A stretch of 43,398 nucleotides of DNA, from IMG/VR virus record IMGVR_UViG_3300036773_000062, positions 1 through 43,398 of that record, one strand, 5' to 3'. Shown piece after piece: positions 1 through 7,554 of this stretch. Each line of letters starts with the position of its first letter. The first letter of the stretch is position 1. The translations under genes were made by a program, and so were the position numbers. The DNA comes from a virus. Lineage: Duplodnaviria; Caudoviricetes. The notes beneath the pieces are model-generated. The model searched no databases. It was not told the DNA's origin and saw only the letters and a program-made list of their open reading frames with translations.

Positions 1-210
1 CGCTCGGCGGTGCGCTCGGCGGTGCGCTCGGCGGTGGACTCGGCGGTGTACTCGGCGGTGGACTCGGCGGTGCGCTCGGCGGTGGGCTCGGCGGTGTACT
101 CGGCGGTGCGCTCGGCGGTGGGCTCGGCGGTGGACTCGGCGGTGTACTCGGCGGTGGACTCGGCGGTGGGCTCGGCGGTGTACTCGGCGGTGGGCTCGGC
201 GGTGGGCTCG
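1..210 (+). repeat. 12-bp tandem repeat NNCTCGGCGGTG (17.5 units; variable residues R R R D Y D R G Y R G D Y D G Y G G)
   Basis: Read directly. Only the first two bases of the unit vary (codons CGC, GGC, GAC, TAC). Confidence 0.99.
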
Positions 211-951
211 GATCCTAAATACCGGATCTCCGATGCGCTGCGAAACGCGATGGGTGAGGCGGGCCGCGCGTTTTTCTGGGGCCAGTGGGCCTCAGGATAT
301 TCTGCCTGGACGGATTATTTCAACGAAGTACTCGGGATCTCGATTGACCGTAACTTCCTAGATCTCACCGAATCTTGCGGCTTTTTCTGGACTTTAGATT
401 ATGTGTGCTTCGCCTCCGAGCGCCCCATCACCTTAAATCTTGACGATCGCGGAAGGCTTCATAGCCCCGCTGGGCAATCGATCGGCTATTCCTCCGGCTG
501 GGGTTTCTGGCACTGGCACGGCGTCGGCGTGTCCCAAGATGTCATCGAGCGCCCGGAGCAGATCACCGTGCGCGACATCAAAGATCAAGCGAACGCAGAG
601 GTGAGGCGCGTGATGATCGAGCGTTACGGCGTTGCGCGCTACCTCAAAGATGCAGGTGCTCGCACGGTGCACGAGCTCCCCGAGGATCACCCTGTGAAGG
701 GCCTGCGCTCGGCGAGGCTGCTCTCGATAGGCGTTCCTGGCGATGAGACTATTGTCATCGTCGATTTACTGAACTCGACCCCGGAGCCCGATGGCACCAC
801 GAAGCGCTACCAACTGCGCGTGGACCCTAACGCCTACGATGGCATGGCCTCTCGCGATTGCCATGCCGCCGCAGCTTCCACCTGGCGCTTAGCCGATGGC
901 TCACTCGCCTTCAAGCGCTATCAAGATTACGCCCCTGCGTTCGAGTCATGA
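1..951 (+). CDS. C-terminal part of DUF6745-like phage protein with SAVx tetrapeptide repeats (continues from 42939-43398)
   Basis: Frame open from base 1. Repeats are followed by GQW..W..Y, ERP...LD..GRLH..G...Y..GW...W.HGV and NAEVRRVMIERYG...STPEPDG..K.Y.LRV.P motifs, which I recognise as DUF6745-type. Confidence 0.8.
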   Translation, partial: RSAVRSAVRSAVDSAVYSAVDSAVRSAVGSAVYSAVRSAVGSAVDSAVYSAVDSAVGSAVYSAVGSAVGSDPKYRISDALRNAMGEAGRAFFWGQWASGYSAWTDYFNEVLGISIDRNFLDLTESCGFFWTLDYVCFASERPITLNLDDRGRLHSPAGQSIGYSSGWGFWHWHGVGVSQDVIERPEQITVRDIKDQANAEVRRVMIERYGVARYLKDAGARTVHELPEDHPVKGLRSARLLSIGVPGDETIVIVDLLNSTPEPDGTTKRYQLRVDPNAYDGMASRDCHAAAASTWRLADGSLAFKRYQDYAPAFES

Positions 952-1079
952 GCGCCGTTCTCGACATCGAATCGATCGAGTGGGTCTCCGTCACAGATGC
1001 AGTCCCGGACTCAGCGGTCATCGCTGAGGCGTTGGTTAGAGCGAACGTCGTCGAGCAGGCTGCCACGGAGGTTGCGTGA
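948..1079 (+). CDS. Small hypothetical protein ([15 protein letters not shown]...)
   Basis: ATGA overlap with the upstream stop codon; in the frame of ORF 858..1079. Confidence 0.5.
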   Translation: MSAVLDIESIEWVSVTDAVPDSAVIAEALVRANVVEQAATEVA

Positions 1080-1098
1080 TCAAGATTTCCACGGAGGT
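1063..1098 (+). promoter_or_regulatory. Two CCACGGAGGT repeats: putative CsrA-binding sites, the second overlapping the csrA RBS
   Basis: Identical 10-mers at 1063-1072 and 1089-1098 match the CANGGANG CsrA/RsmA consensus. Confidence 0.55.
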
Positions 1099-1104
1099 GC
1101 AAGC

Positions 1105-1302
1105 ATGTTAATCCTCACCCGCTGCGCCGGCGAAACCCTGATGATCGGCGAGAACATCACCGTGACCGTGTGCGCCATCAATGGCAATCAGGTCAAGCTC
1201 GGCATCGCGGCGCCAAAGGACGTGCCGATCTTGCGCGAGGAGCTGGTGCCGCACCAGGGCTGGGCAGAGGGCGGCCCGTTCATTTTTGGTAAGCGCGGCT
1301 GA
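1105..1302 (+). CDS. csrA: Carbon storage regulator CsrA/RsmA homolog
   Basis: [22 protein letters not shown]..[23 protein letters not shown] is the CsrA signature. GGAGG RBS precedes ATG 1105. Confidence 0.93.
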   Translation: MLILTRCAGETLMIGENITVTVCAINGNQVKLGIAAPKDVPILREELVPHQGWAEGGPFIFGKRG

Positions 1303-1325
1303 GCTCCGCGAAAACAGGCGACCAA

Positions 1326-1571
1326 ATGAAAAAGTACCAATTTACGGGCCACCTGTCGCCGCTGCCGCCTGGCATCCGGCTCGGCCTACAGATCTCTGGC
1401 GAGGTTTATTTGGTCGGTGAGGTCGAGGGCGAATTGAAGTCGCGAGACGCCGCGCACGCAAAGCAAGTCGCCGAACTGAACGAACGTATTCGCAAGCTGA
1501 CGACTAGGACAATGCGCTTCAGGCAGCGCAAGGTGACCGCCCGTACTTCAGAGGCGAAATTGGGTGGCTAA
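1326..1571 (+). CDS. Hypothetical protein with coiled coil
   Basis: ORF track; fits the operon packing. Confidence 0.6.
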   Translation: MKKYQFTGHLSPLPPGIRLGLQISGEVYLVGEVEGELKSRDAAHAKQVAELNERIRKLTTRTMRFRQRKVTARTSEAKLGG

Positions 1572-1986
1572 ATACGCCGAAGGCACCAAAGTCCCCGCCG
1601 ATCAATCGCGCTCCGAGATCGAAAAGACGCTCGCTCGTTTTGGCGCCGATCAGTTCGGCTATGGCACCAAGGAAGGTTCGGCGGTGATCGTGTTCCGTGC
1701 CCACGGTCGCCATGTCCGCTTCATGCTGCCGCTGCCGACGCCCAAGGATCGCTTCAATTCCATCGAGGCTCGCGAGAAGGAGATCCGCCGACGCTGGCGC
1801 TCCATGGCGATGTGCATCAAAGCCAAGCTCGAATCGGTCGCCACCAACATCGAGACCTTCGAGGAATCCTTTATGGCCCACGTGGTGCTGCCCAATGGGA
1901 TGACGCTCGCCGAGCACGCAAAGCCTTTGATCGAGCAAGCCTACGCGGACGGCAAGATGCCGCCGCTGCTGTCGTTTGGAGGGTGA
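1564..1986 (+). CDS. Conserved phage hypothetical protein (YA..T.V....SR.EIE..L.RFGA..F...KAKLE)
   Basis: Recognisable phage family; overlaps its neighbours. Confidence 0.75.
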   Translation: MAKYAEGTKVPADQSRSEIEKTLARFGADQFGYGTKEGSAVIVFRAHGRHVRFMLPLPTPKDRFNSIEAREKEIRRRWRSMAMCIKAKLESVATNIETFEESFMAHVVLPNGMTLAEHAKPLIEQAYADGKMPPLLSFGG

Positions 1987-1987
1987 A

Positions 1988-2296
1988 GTGCGGTATCGAA
2001 AGAAACCCGTAGAGATTGACGCAATTCGCTGGGAGGGCGGCGACTATAAGTGCCTTGAGCAGTTCTGCGGCTTCAACTGGGGGCGCGCTGACGCCAAGGA
2101 TGTCGAGGGGCCGCGTGACAAAGAAGGCGTGGTTGTCTGGAACATCAAGGAAGATCAGTGGCTCAATCTGCCGGTCGGGCATTGGCTGATCCGCGGGATC
2201 GCGGGAGAACTGTATCCATGCGCGCCTGACGTGTTCGACGCAAGCTACGAAGCCGTGACACAAGCGCAAAGACCAGGTGTCGCAAATGCCGATTGA
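1988..2296 (+). CDS. Conserved phage protein (YRKKPVEIDAI.W...G.W.I.G..GE.YPC.PD.F..SYE)
   Basis: Common phage family motif; GGAGGG RBS before GTG 1988. Confidence 0.8.
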   Translation: MRYRKKPVEIDAIRWEGGDYKCLEQFCGFNWGRADAKDVEGPRDKEGVVVWNIKEDQWLNLPVGHWLIRGIAGELYPCAPDVFDASYEAVTQAQRPGVANAD

Positions 2297-2702
2297 ATAC
2301 ACGCTCGATACGCTTCACCGCACTATCGATTCGCTTATCAAGGAGCGTGACGCGCTCGCCGCCGAGCTGGCGCAGTTCAAAGACGAAGCGCTCGAATGGG
2401 AGAAGGCGCACATTCTGGCGGAATCTCGCGTCAAGGCACTGGAAGCGGCGCTGCGTGAGATTGCTTGCGGGTTGATGCCAGTCGATTCGGCCGCCGATCA
2501 TCACAACAGATACGAGCTATGCGCTGGTAGGCTGTGCAAGATCGCTCGAGATGTGCTGCGTTCAACGGAAACGGCCTGTGATGATTCGATTCAGGCGCCC
2601 ACTCACCCACGACTGGGCGGCTGGGCGCCTATGCCGCGTCTTGAACTGCATGAACAAGTGCGCACCGTACAGCGTTACTTGTGCAGAACATTCCACGAAT
2701 GA
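2286..2702 (+). CDS. Hypothetical coiled-coil protein
   Basis: ORF track. Its 3' part overlaps a second small ORF (2581-2721). Confidence 0.55.
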   Translation: MPIEYTLDTLHRTIDSLIKERDALAAELAQFKDEALEWEKAHILAESRVKALEAALREIACGLMPVDSAADHHNRYELCAGRLCKIARDVLRSTETACDDSIQAPTHPRLGGWAPMPRLELHEQVRTVQRYLCRTFHE

Positions 2703-2721
2703 CCGGGGAACGAAGCCATGA
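2581..2721 (+). CDS. Small Cys-rich protein (46 aa, ends ...STNDRGTKP)
   Basis: Hand translation; its stop forms an ATGA overlap with the ASCH gene. Confidence 0.45.
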   Translation: MIRFRRPLTHDWAAGRLCRVLNCMNKCAPYSVTCAEHSTNDRGTKP

Positions 2722-3116
2722 AAGCGCTGACGATAGCCCAGCCGTACGCCGACATGATCATGCGCGGCGTCAAGGTCATCGAGAACCGATCATGGCCGAC
2801 GAAATATCGCGGGTTGATGTACATCCATGCGGGTAAGAGCCGGTCTTGGTTGACCGATGCGCGCGTCGTCGGCATGTCCTTCGGCGCCGTCGTGGCCATC
2901 GCCGAGCTCTACGATTGCGTGCCGGTGGGAAAGCTCCCACCGACGCTCCGCGACAATGAACACGCCAATGGGCCGTGGTGCTGGCTGCTGCGCAACGTAT
3001 CTCCGATCGGACCGTGGCCGTACCGCGGCGCGCAAGGCCTGTTCGATATCAATGACCTGGACGACGTGGCAAATCGGGAATTGGGCATTCCCTCTACATC
3101 CATGGTGAAGCCATGA
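2718..3116 (+). CDS. ASCH domain protein
   Basis: MKALTIAQPYA..I..G.K.IENRSW.T.YRG...IHAGK signature. Confidence 0.9.
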   Translation: MKALTIAQPYADMIMRGVKVIENRSWPTKYRGLMYIHAGKSRSWLTDARVVGMSFGAVVAIAELYDCVPVGKLPPTLRDNEHANGPWCWLLRNVSPIGPWPYRGAQGLFDINDLDDVANRELGIPSTSMVKP

Positions 3117-3280
3117 GGCAATGGATCTTACCCCTACTGGCACTCGCTCTCGTAATAGGCGTCTGGACCTATATCTGGCACCGCGCCCATGTGTGCGAGG
3201 CCTCTGGTGGGGTCTACTATCGCCATTGGTACGGCGGATCGTTCAAATGTGTTCCTGCTAATCCAGGGGCAGCCAAATGA
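3113..3280 (+). CDS. Small membrane protein (55 aa, MRQWILPLLALALVIGVW...)
   Basis: Hand translation; ATGA overlaps at both ends. Confidence 0.6.
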   Translation: MRQWILPLLALALVIGVWTYIWHRAHVCEASGGVYYRHWYGGSFKCVPANPGAAK

Positions 3281-3516
3281 GCGTATCAGGCGGAATCGTC
3301 GATGACTTCCAGGCGCTGAAGCGCAAGTACATGAAGCTTGAGCAGTGCTCTGTCGCAGGCCCCGTGATGCAGTGTCATCTCGAGGGCTGCCAGTGGCGGG
3401 ACAAGGATGCCACGATCAAGCGGCTTACCGCGAAGTGCGAGCGCCTGGAAAAGACCATCAAAGACATGCGCAGCGCAGTGCTGGCTGTTTCTGAAACACC
3501 AGGAGAGCCGAAGTGA
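3277..3516 (+). CDS. Hypothetical protein
   Basis: ORF track; coupled overlaps. Confidence 0.6.
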   Translation: MSVSGGIVDDFQALKRKYMKLEQCSVAGPVMQCHLEGCQWRDKDATIKRLTAKCERLEKTIKDMRSAVLAVSETPGEPK

Positions 3517-3683
3517 ACCCCGTAACCGAGCAATGCATCGAATGCGCCTGGCGCTTCATATATCGCCCGAGCGGGCACTGCTTCATGTTCAAAGACGCAC
3601 CGACCGAGCTTTGCATGCAGCGCAAGCCCAATCTCGCGCGGCCAGTCGAACCGTTCACTGCCGACACAGGAGGAAAGCCGTGA
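3513..3683 (+). CDS. Small Cys-containing protein (56 aa)
   Basis: Hand translation; GTGA overlaps at both ends. Confidence 0.55.
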   Translation: MNPVTEQCIECAWRFIYRPSGHCFMFKDAPTELCMQRKPNLARPVEPFTADTGGKP

Positions 3684-4018
3684 GCGCGCAGCCTGATACC
3701 TACCCAACGCCGGAGCACGGCTGGACCTGCTTTCATTGCGGCGAGCATTTTCCGGGAACGATGGCCGGGGGGCAGGACGCGCGGCGACACTTCGGCGCCA
3801 GCATTCATGACGAACCCAAGTGCCAGATCAGCGCCCGGCGTCTGCGCGATATGGAGGGCCAATTGCGCCGGTATCGAGAAGAAGACACGGACCTGCATCG
3901 CGAGATCGCGAGGCTGCAATCGGATCACGCGATCGCCCTTCGGCGCGAGGAAGAGAAGGGCTATGCGCGTGGGTTGAGGGACGCTGGATACACTGGCGAC
4001 ACAGGAACTGAGCCATGA
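3680..4018 (+). CDS. Zn-finger (WTCFHCGE...HFG) plus coiled-coil protein
   Basis: GGAGG RBS and GTG 3680 in the frame of ORF 3407..4018. Confidence 0.7.
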   Translation: MSAQPDTYPTPEHGWTCFHCGEHFPGTMAGGQDARRHFGASIHDEPKCQISARRLRDMEGQLRRYREEDTDLHREIARLQSDHAIALRREEEKGYARGLRDAGYTGDTGTEP

Positions 4019-4239
4019 ACCAGCCATACGCAGACGCTTTGGCGTTGCTCAAGGTTCGAGATCGACGTATCCGCGAACTTGAGAAGGTGCGCGATAAGCG
4101 AATCCGCGCGCTTAAATCCGCGCTTCGTCATGTTCGTGCGTCGGCACAAAGCCGCGACGTTGGCGTGGTCATTAGCTATGCGGCATTCGAGAGAGTGCGC
4201 GACGTGCTGACACAGTCTGCTGCCACGGTGAAGCCGTGA
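4015..4239 (+). CDS. Hypothetical protein
   Basis: ORF track; coupled overlaps. Confidence 0.6.
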   Translation: MNQPYADALALLKVRDRRIRELEKVRDKRIRALKSALRHVRASAQSRDVGVVISYAAFERVRDVLTQSAATVKP

Positions 4240-4565
4240 GTGAGCATTTCAACAGGCTGACTCCGGCCGAAGCTGAGCGTCTAGCGCTCCTGGCCGAGGA
4301 ATGCGGAGAGTGCGTCCAGGCAATCGGCAAGATATTGCGGCATGGGTACGAATCGTTTAATCCTTATGATGATCCGCACAATTGCCCAAGCAATCGCCAG
4401 CGCCTAGAGCGCGAAATGGGCGACGTGCGTGCCGCCATGATTATGCTGTGCGAGGCCGGGGATACCAGCAAGGCGCAGGTACATAGAAACGCCGACGACA
4501 AGCTGCGCCGCGTCCGCAAGTACCTGCACCATCAGCCCGATGCCGACGCGGAGCCGCCCGCGTGA
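4236..4565 (+). CDS. MazG-like NTP pyrophosphohydrolase
   Basis: LAEECGE.VQ...K..R.G...LERE.GDV pattern (EExxE...ExxD). Confidence 0.75.
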   Translation: MSEHFNRLTPAEAERLALLAEECGECVQAIGKILRHGYESFNPYDDPHNCPSNRQRLEREMGDVRAAMIMLCEAGDTSKAQVHRNADDKLRRVRKYLHHQPDADAEPPA

Positions 4566-4717
4566 AGCGCCTCCTCTGCTGGTGGCGCGGCCATCTCATC
4601 AAAGCGACGATCGATGTCGCCTCGGCCGAAGTGCGCTTCGTCTTCCACTGCGAGCGGTGCGGGCGGATCTTGCCGGGGCCGGAAGTGCAGCCTCCCAAAC
4701 CGTGGCCGCGTCCGTGA
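4562..4717 (+). CDS. Small Zn-binding protein (LLC..RGH...CERCG; DUF1660-like)
   Basis: Hand translation, 51 aa, GTGA overlaps at both ends. Confidence 0.55.
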   Translation: MKRLLCWWRGHLIKATIDVASAEVRFVFHCERCGRILPGPEVQPPKPWPRP

Positions 4718-5001
4718 TCGGGGATGCCGACTACCTCAAGGCCTTGAGCGGCGCCAAACAGAAGGGCTCCGTCCGGGCCTGGTGCCACAAAAACGGCATC
4801 AAGACGTTCAATAATGCCCAGGGCTGGCCGGTCACGACCGCCGCGGCGCTGGACCGTGCCCTCACCCCTGGCATAGAGTCAGGCCCCGACTGGAGCGCAT
4901 TCGATGATAAAAAAGCTGCGGCCGCCCAAGGTGCACGTAAAGTTCGGAAGGTACTACCACGTCGAGAAAAACAAGTGGACGGCCCTCAGCCGGGTCGATG
5001 A
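4714..5001 (+). CDS. DUF4224-like putative excisionase / recombination directionality factor
   Basis: L..LSG.KQ...V..W...NGI..F....G.P......PDWSA pattern directly upstream of the integrase; GTG 4714. Confidence 0.7.
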   Translation: MIGDADYLKALSGAKQKGSVRAWCHKNGIKTFNNAQGWPVTTAAALDRALTPGIESGPDWSAFDDKKAAAAQGARKVRKVLPRREKQVDGPQPGR

Positions 5002-5890
5002 GGGCCTTCGGGAGCTGTATCGGCGGCTCGCCACCTTAAGCGGATCCCCGCCCGGGTGCCTCCTCGAGATCTTCGTCCACTACGCCGAAACCGCGATGTT
5101 GAAGCTCGCACCCTCGACCCGGGAGCAATACAGCTATTTTTTCTTCGGCACCCCCGGGAAGGAGGGGATCCTCAATACGACTTTCGGCCACCTGATGCCC
5201 GCCCAGGTCGAGCCGACCCACATCGCCCAGTTCCTGCAGAACAGCGAGGATACCGGCGGCGCCGTCTCGGGCAACCGCGCCAAGGCCGCCCTCTCATCGG
5301 TGTTCGAGCATGCGATGCGCAAGGGCTGGGCCAAGGTCAATCCCTGCCGCGGCGTGCGCCGCAACAAGGAACGGGCGAGCAAGGTGCGGATCGAGCGGGC
5401 CAGCCTGGTGAGCACCCTCGACCGGGCGCCAGGGCACTTTGCGCTGGTGATGCAGTTCGCCTACATCAGCGGGGTGCGCGAGATCGACATCATCCTCATG
5501 GAGGTGTCGGCCGTCACGCCCGATGGGCTCAAGTTCACCGAGAGCAAGACGAAAAAGCCGGTGACGATCGAATGGACGCCGACGCTGCGCGAGCTCGTCC
5601 GGGAGATCCTGGAGGCCAGGCACGCGACGATGACGCGGCAGTACGTCAACAAGTACCGAAAGCCGCGGGTGCTGCCGGTACATAACCGGCTGTTTACCAA
5701 CCGATTCGGGAAGCCCCTGACCATGTGGGGGATCACTTCGAACATGCGCCGGCTCGAGACGGACGGTTGGAGCTTCCGGGCGATCCGGCCGAAGGCGCGG
5801 GACGACGGCGGCAATCGCAACGTGATCGGCCATACCGGGCAGATGCTCGAGGTCTATACGCGGGAGCGCAAGCTCGTGCCGGTGCGATGA
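4904..5890 (+). CDS. int: Tyrosine recombinase / phage integrase
   Basis: NPC.GV linker, SGVRExD (Arg I), SKT (Lys), FRAIR, IGH and C-terminal Tyr; adjacent to the tRNA-derived attP. Confidence 0.9.
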   Translation: MIKKLRPPKVHVKFGRYYHVEKNKWTALSRVDEGLRELYRRLATLSGSPPGCLLEIFVHYAETAMLKLAPSTREQYSYFFFGTPGKEGILNTTFGHLMPAQVEPTHIAQFLQNSEDTGGAVSGNRAKAALSSVFEHAMRKGWAKVNPCRGVRRNKERASKVRIERASLVSTLDRAPGHFALVMQFAYISGVREIDIILMEVSAVTPDGLKFTESKTKKPVTIEWTPTLRELVREILEARHATMTRQYVNKYRKPRVLPVHNRLFTNRFGKPLTMWGITSNMRRLETDGWSFRAIRPKARDDGGNRNVIGHTGQMLEVYTRERKLVPVR

Positions 5891-6111
5891 ACAAACCAGG
5901 AGGGATGGAAATGAAGCGAGCAGCGACCAAGGACCACATCTACAAAAATCATCGCGTCCAGTTCCGTGGTGGATGGTGGAAGGTATGGGATCGAAACAGG
6001 CGCCACATTGAGTGCGCATTCAGATCTAGGAACAAAGCGCACGGGGAAATAAATTGGATGATTGAGCGCGCGGCGGCTGTGGCCGGGAGCCCAAGTGCCG
6101 CTAGTTCTTAG
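5887..6111 (+). CDS. Hypothetical protein between int and attP
   Basis: ATGA overlap with the int stop; in the frame of ORF 5725..6111. Confidence 0.55.
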   Translation: MNKPGGMEMKRAATKDHIYKNHRVQFRGGWWKVWDRNRRHIECAFRSRNKAHGEINWMIERAAAVAGSPSAASS

Positions 6112-6154
6112 ATGTTTGCCGATTTCTTAGATGGAAGTGGAATGGAGTTGGAGC

Positions 6155-6243
6155 TAAGTCATTGAAATTGGTGGGCCGTGTAGGGATCGAACCTACGACC
6201 AATTGATTAAGAGGGAGCTTTCCCAATTCATAAGCAGTTGATT
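6155..6243 (-). promoter_or_regulatory. Two IHF-like sites flanking the attP core
   Basis: Minus-strand AATCAACTGCTTA (6231-6243) is an exact WATCAAN4TTR match. TTTCAATGACTTA (6155-6167) has one mismatch. Confidence 0.65.
6169..6213 (-). other. attP core: 3' half of tRNA-Lys(CTT), from anticodon loop to CCA
   Basis: Minus strand reads CTCTTAATCAATTGGTCGTAGGTTCGATCCCTACACGGCCCACCA (T-arm GGTTCGA, CCA end). No tRNA 5' half upstream. Confidence 0.9.
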
Positions 6244-6327
6244 TACAAGGTTCCACGTGGAGCGCGCCTCTAAGCGTCTTCGGGAACGATGCGCGGTTTA
6301 CGGGGTTTTTCCATACCCACTTAGATG

Positions 6328-6516
6328 CTACTCCGGCTTCGTGAGCTGCCCCGTCAGCCGATTCCACGTCCTGAATACACCCGTCTTGGTCATGTCGCTG
6401 GTATCGATCTCCTCGACCAAAATACCCGGCTCAGACTTCGGTTGAGGCTTGACCTCGATCGGCGGCTGATACGGCGGGATGGCCGGAGCGGCTGGCTTGC
6501 GACGAAACCAACTCAC
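6328..6516 (-). CDS. Small hypothetical protein at the end of the late operon
   Basis: GTGA overlap with the Rz-like gene. Confidence 0.55.
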   Translation of the reverse strand: MSWFRRKPAAPAIPPYQPPIEVKPQPKSEPGILVEEIDTSDMTKTGVFRTWNRLTGQLTKPE

Positions 6517-6965
6517 GGCGCGAGGGCGATCATCGGGTTCATTTGGGCGGCGTCTGCGGAACAGGCGTGGATGTAGTCGTCAAGAGCTCGTTCAACTTCG
6601 CTAGGGCCGATGGCGATCGGGGCGGATGCTTGAGCTCGGCCGGCCACGGCTGCGGCTTCAGGCACGGGACAGCCACCTCCCGCGGCGGCGACGATGAGCA
6701 CGCGGTGAGCAGTGCCAACGCTGGCAGGATCCGGAATATCTTTGGTCGCGTCATAGGCGTCAATTACCCCTTGCATGTGAGCGTGGTCAGCGGCGGCCTG
6801 CCGGGCGTTCTCGTCCATGGCGTTGACGACCGCCTGCAGCTGCGCCGTGTGGTCGGCCTCTAATGCGGTTTTAGACGAGAGCGCCCCGATGTGATACCCG
6901 GTCGCAAAGAGCGCCGCGACCATCGCGACGATGGCGCCCAACTTCAGGTAGAGCAGCGGCGTCAC
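6513..6965 (-). CDS. Rz-like inner-membrane spanin
   Basis: N-terminal TM helix followed by a helical region; lysis cassette position; contains an embedded lipoprotein gene. Confidence 0.75.
   Translation of the reverse strand: MTPLLYLKLGAIVAMVAALFATGYHIGALSSKTALEADHTAQLQAVVNAMDENARQAAADHAHMQGVIDAYDATKDIPDPASVGTAHRVLIVAAAGGGCPVPEAAAVAGRAQASAPIAIGPSEVERALDDYIHACSADAAQMNPMIALAP
6539..6763 (-). CDS. Rz1-like outer-membrane lipoprotein spanin, embedded in Rz
   Basis: Lipobox LALLTA-C and Pro-rich mature part; nested in another frame of Rz. The start may be the second Met (6754). Confidence 0.8.
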   Translation of the reverse strand: MTPMTRPKIFRILPALALLTACSSSPPREVAVPCLKPQPWPAELKHPPRSPSALAKLNELLTTTSTPVPQTPPK

Positions 6966-7198
6966 TTCGGCAGTCCCAGCGCGAGCACCTGCGCGCGCAA
7001 GTCATCGAGTTCGCGGATGATCCAGACAATGCGATCGCTCAGCGTCGCCTGGTGCCCCAGCAGGTCATGGACACCATAAGCCATGTGGTTACGCGCGGCA
7101 TCGATGCGATCGGCGAGCGCCTTGACATCGAGCGCGTGGTTCCGCAGCTCCTCGGCGGCCTTGAGGGCGGCAAAAATCTCATCGTCGCGGTTGGTCAA
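6962..7198 (-). CDS. Hypothetical helical protein in the lysis cassette
   Basis: ORF track; coupled overlaps. Confidence 0.6.
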   Translation of the reverse strand: MTNRDDEIFAALKAAEELRNHALDVKALADRIDAARNHMAYGVHDLLGHQATLSDRIVWIIRELDDLRAQVLALGLPK

Positions 7199-7554
7199 GT
7201 CGTTAACCCCTTCCAGGCCAGCTTCACCACAACTTCAATCCCCCAGAGGAACAAAGCGCCGAGGCTCAGGACGAGCCCGCGAGTCGCGATCTTCATCCAG
7301 TTAAACGCCGTCTTCTGGACCTTCTTATCCAGTATCCGATAAACGCCGGACTCCGTTTGCCATTTCACCTTTTCCTGCTCGAGCGCCACGACGCGATTTA
7401 AAAGAAGCGCATGGGCCGCCTCCAGTTCGCTGATCGGCTGGGTGATTTGCTCGATGGCGAGGTCGGTGTGCCCATCTTCGATCAGGGCGGTGCGAATCTT
7501 CTGCGTGATCGAATAGTCGGTTACGGGCGTGATGGCCCGATAGCGGCCTTTCAC
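7195..7554 (-). CDS. Coiled-coil protein with C-terminal TM helix (holin accessory-like)
   Basis: GTG 7554 overlaps the holin stop; hydrophobic GLVLSLGALFLWGIEVVV segment. Confidence 0.6.
   Translation of the reverse strand: MKGRYRAITPVTDYSITQKIRTALIEDGHTDLAIEQITQPISELEAAHALLLNRVVALEQEKVKWQTESGVYRILDKKVQKTAFNWMKIATRGLVLSLGALFLWGIEVVVKLAWKGLTT

Larger units (their letters stand above)
6105..6327 (+). repeat. CTTAGATG direct repeats, candidate integrase arm sites
   Basis: TTCTTAGATG at 6105 and 6124, CTTAGATG at 6320, lying on both sides of the core. Confidence 0.5.

Noticed and set aside
1-210. Terminal repeats as a CRISPR array, telomere or DGR variable region
   Set aside because: The units are contiguous 12-mers without spacers and lie in frame within a protein. 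No cas or reverse transcriptase gene is present, and variation is not adenine-specific.
3155-3172. Fifth repressor operator (ATAGGCGTCTGGACCTAT)
   Set aside because: The half-sites are separated by 8 rather than 5 bp, and it lies inside a coding region with no promoter. Probably chance, despite sharing 10 bp with the PL operator.
6169-6213. Functional phage tRNA-Lys gene
   Set aside because: Only the 3' half is present; upstream sequence cannot form the D-arm or the acceptor 5' strand. Interpreted as the attP core.
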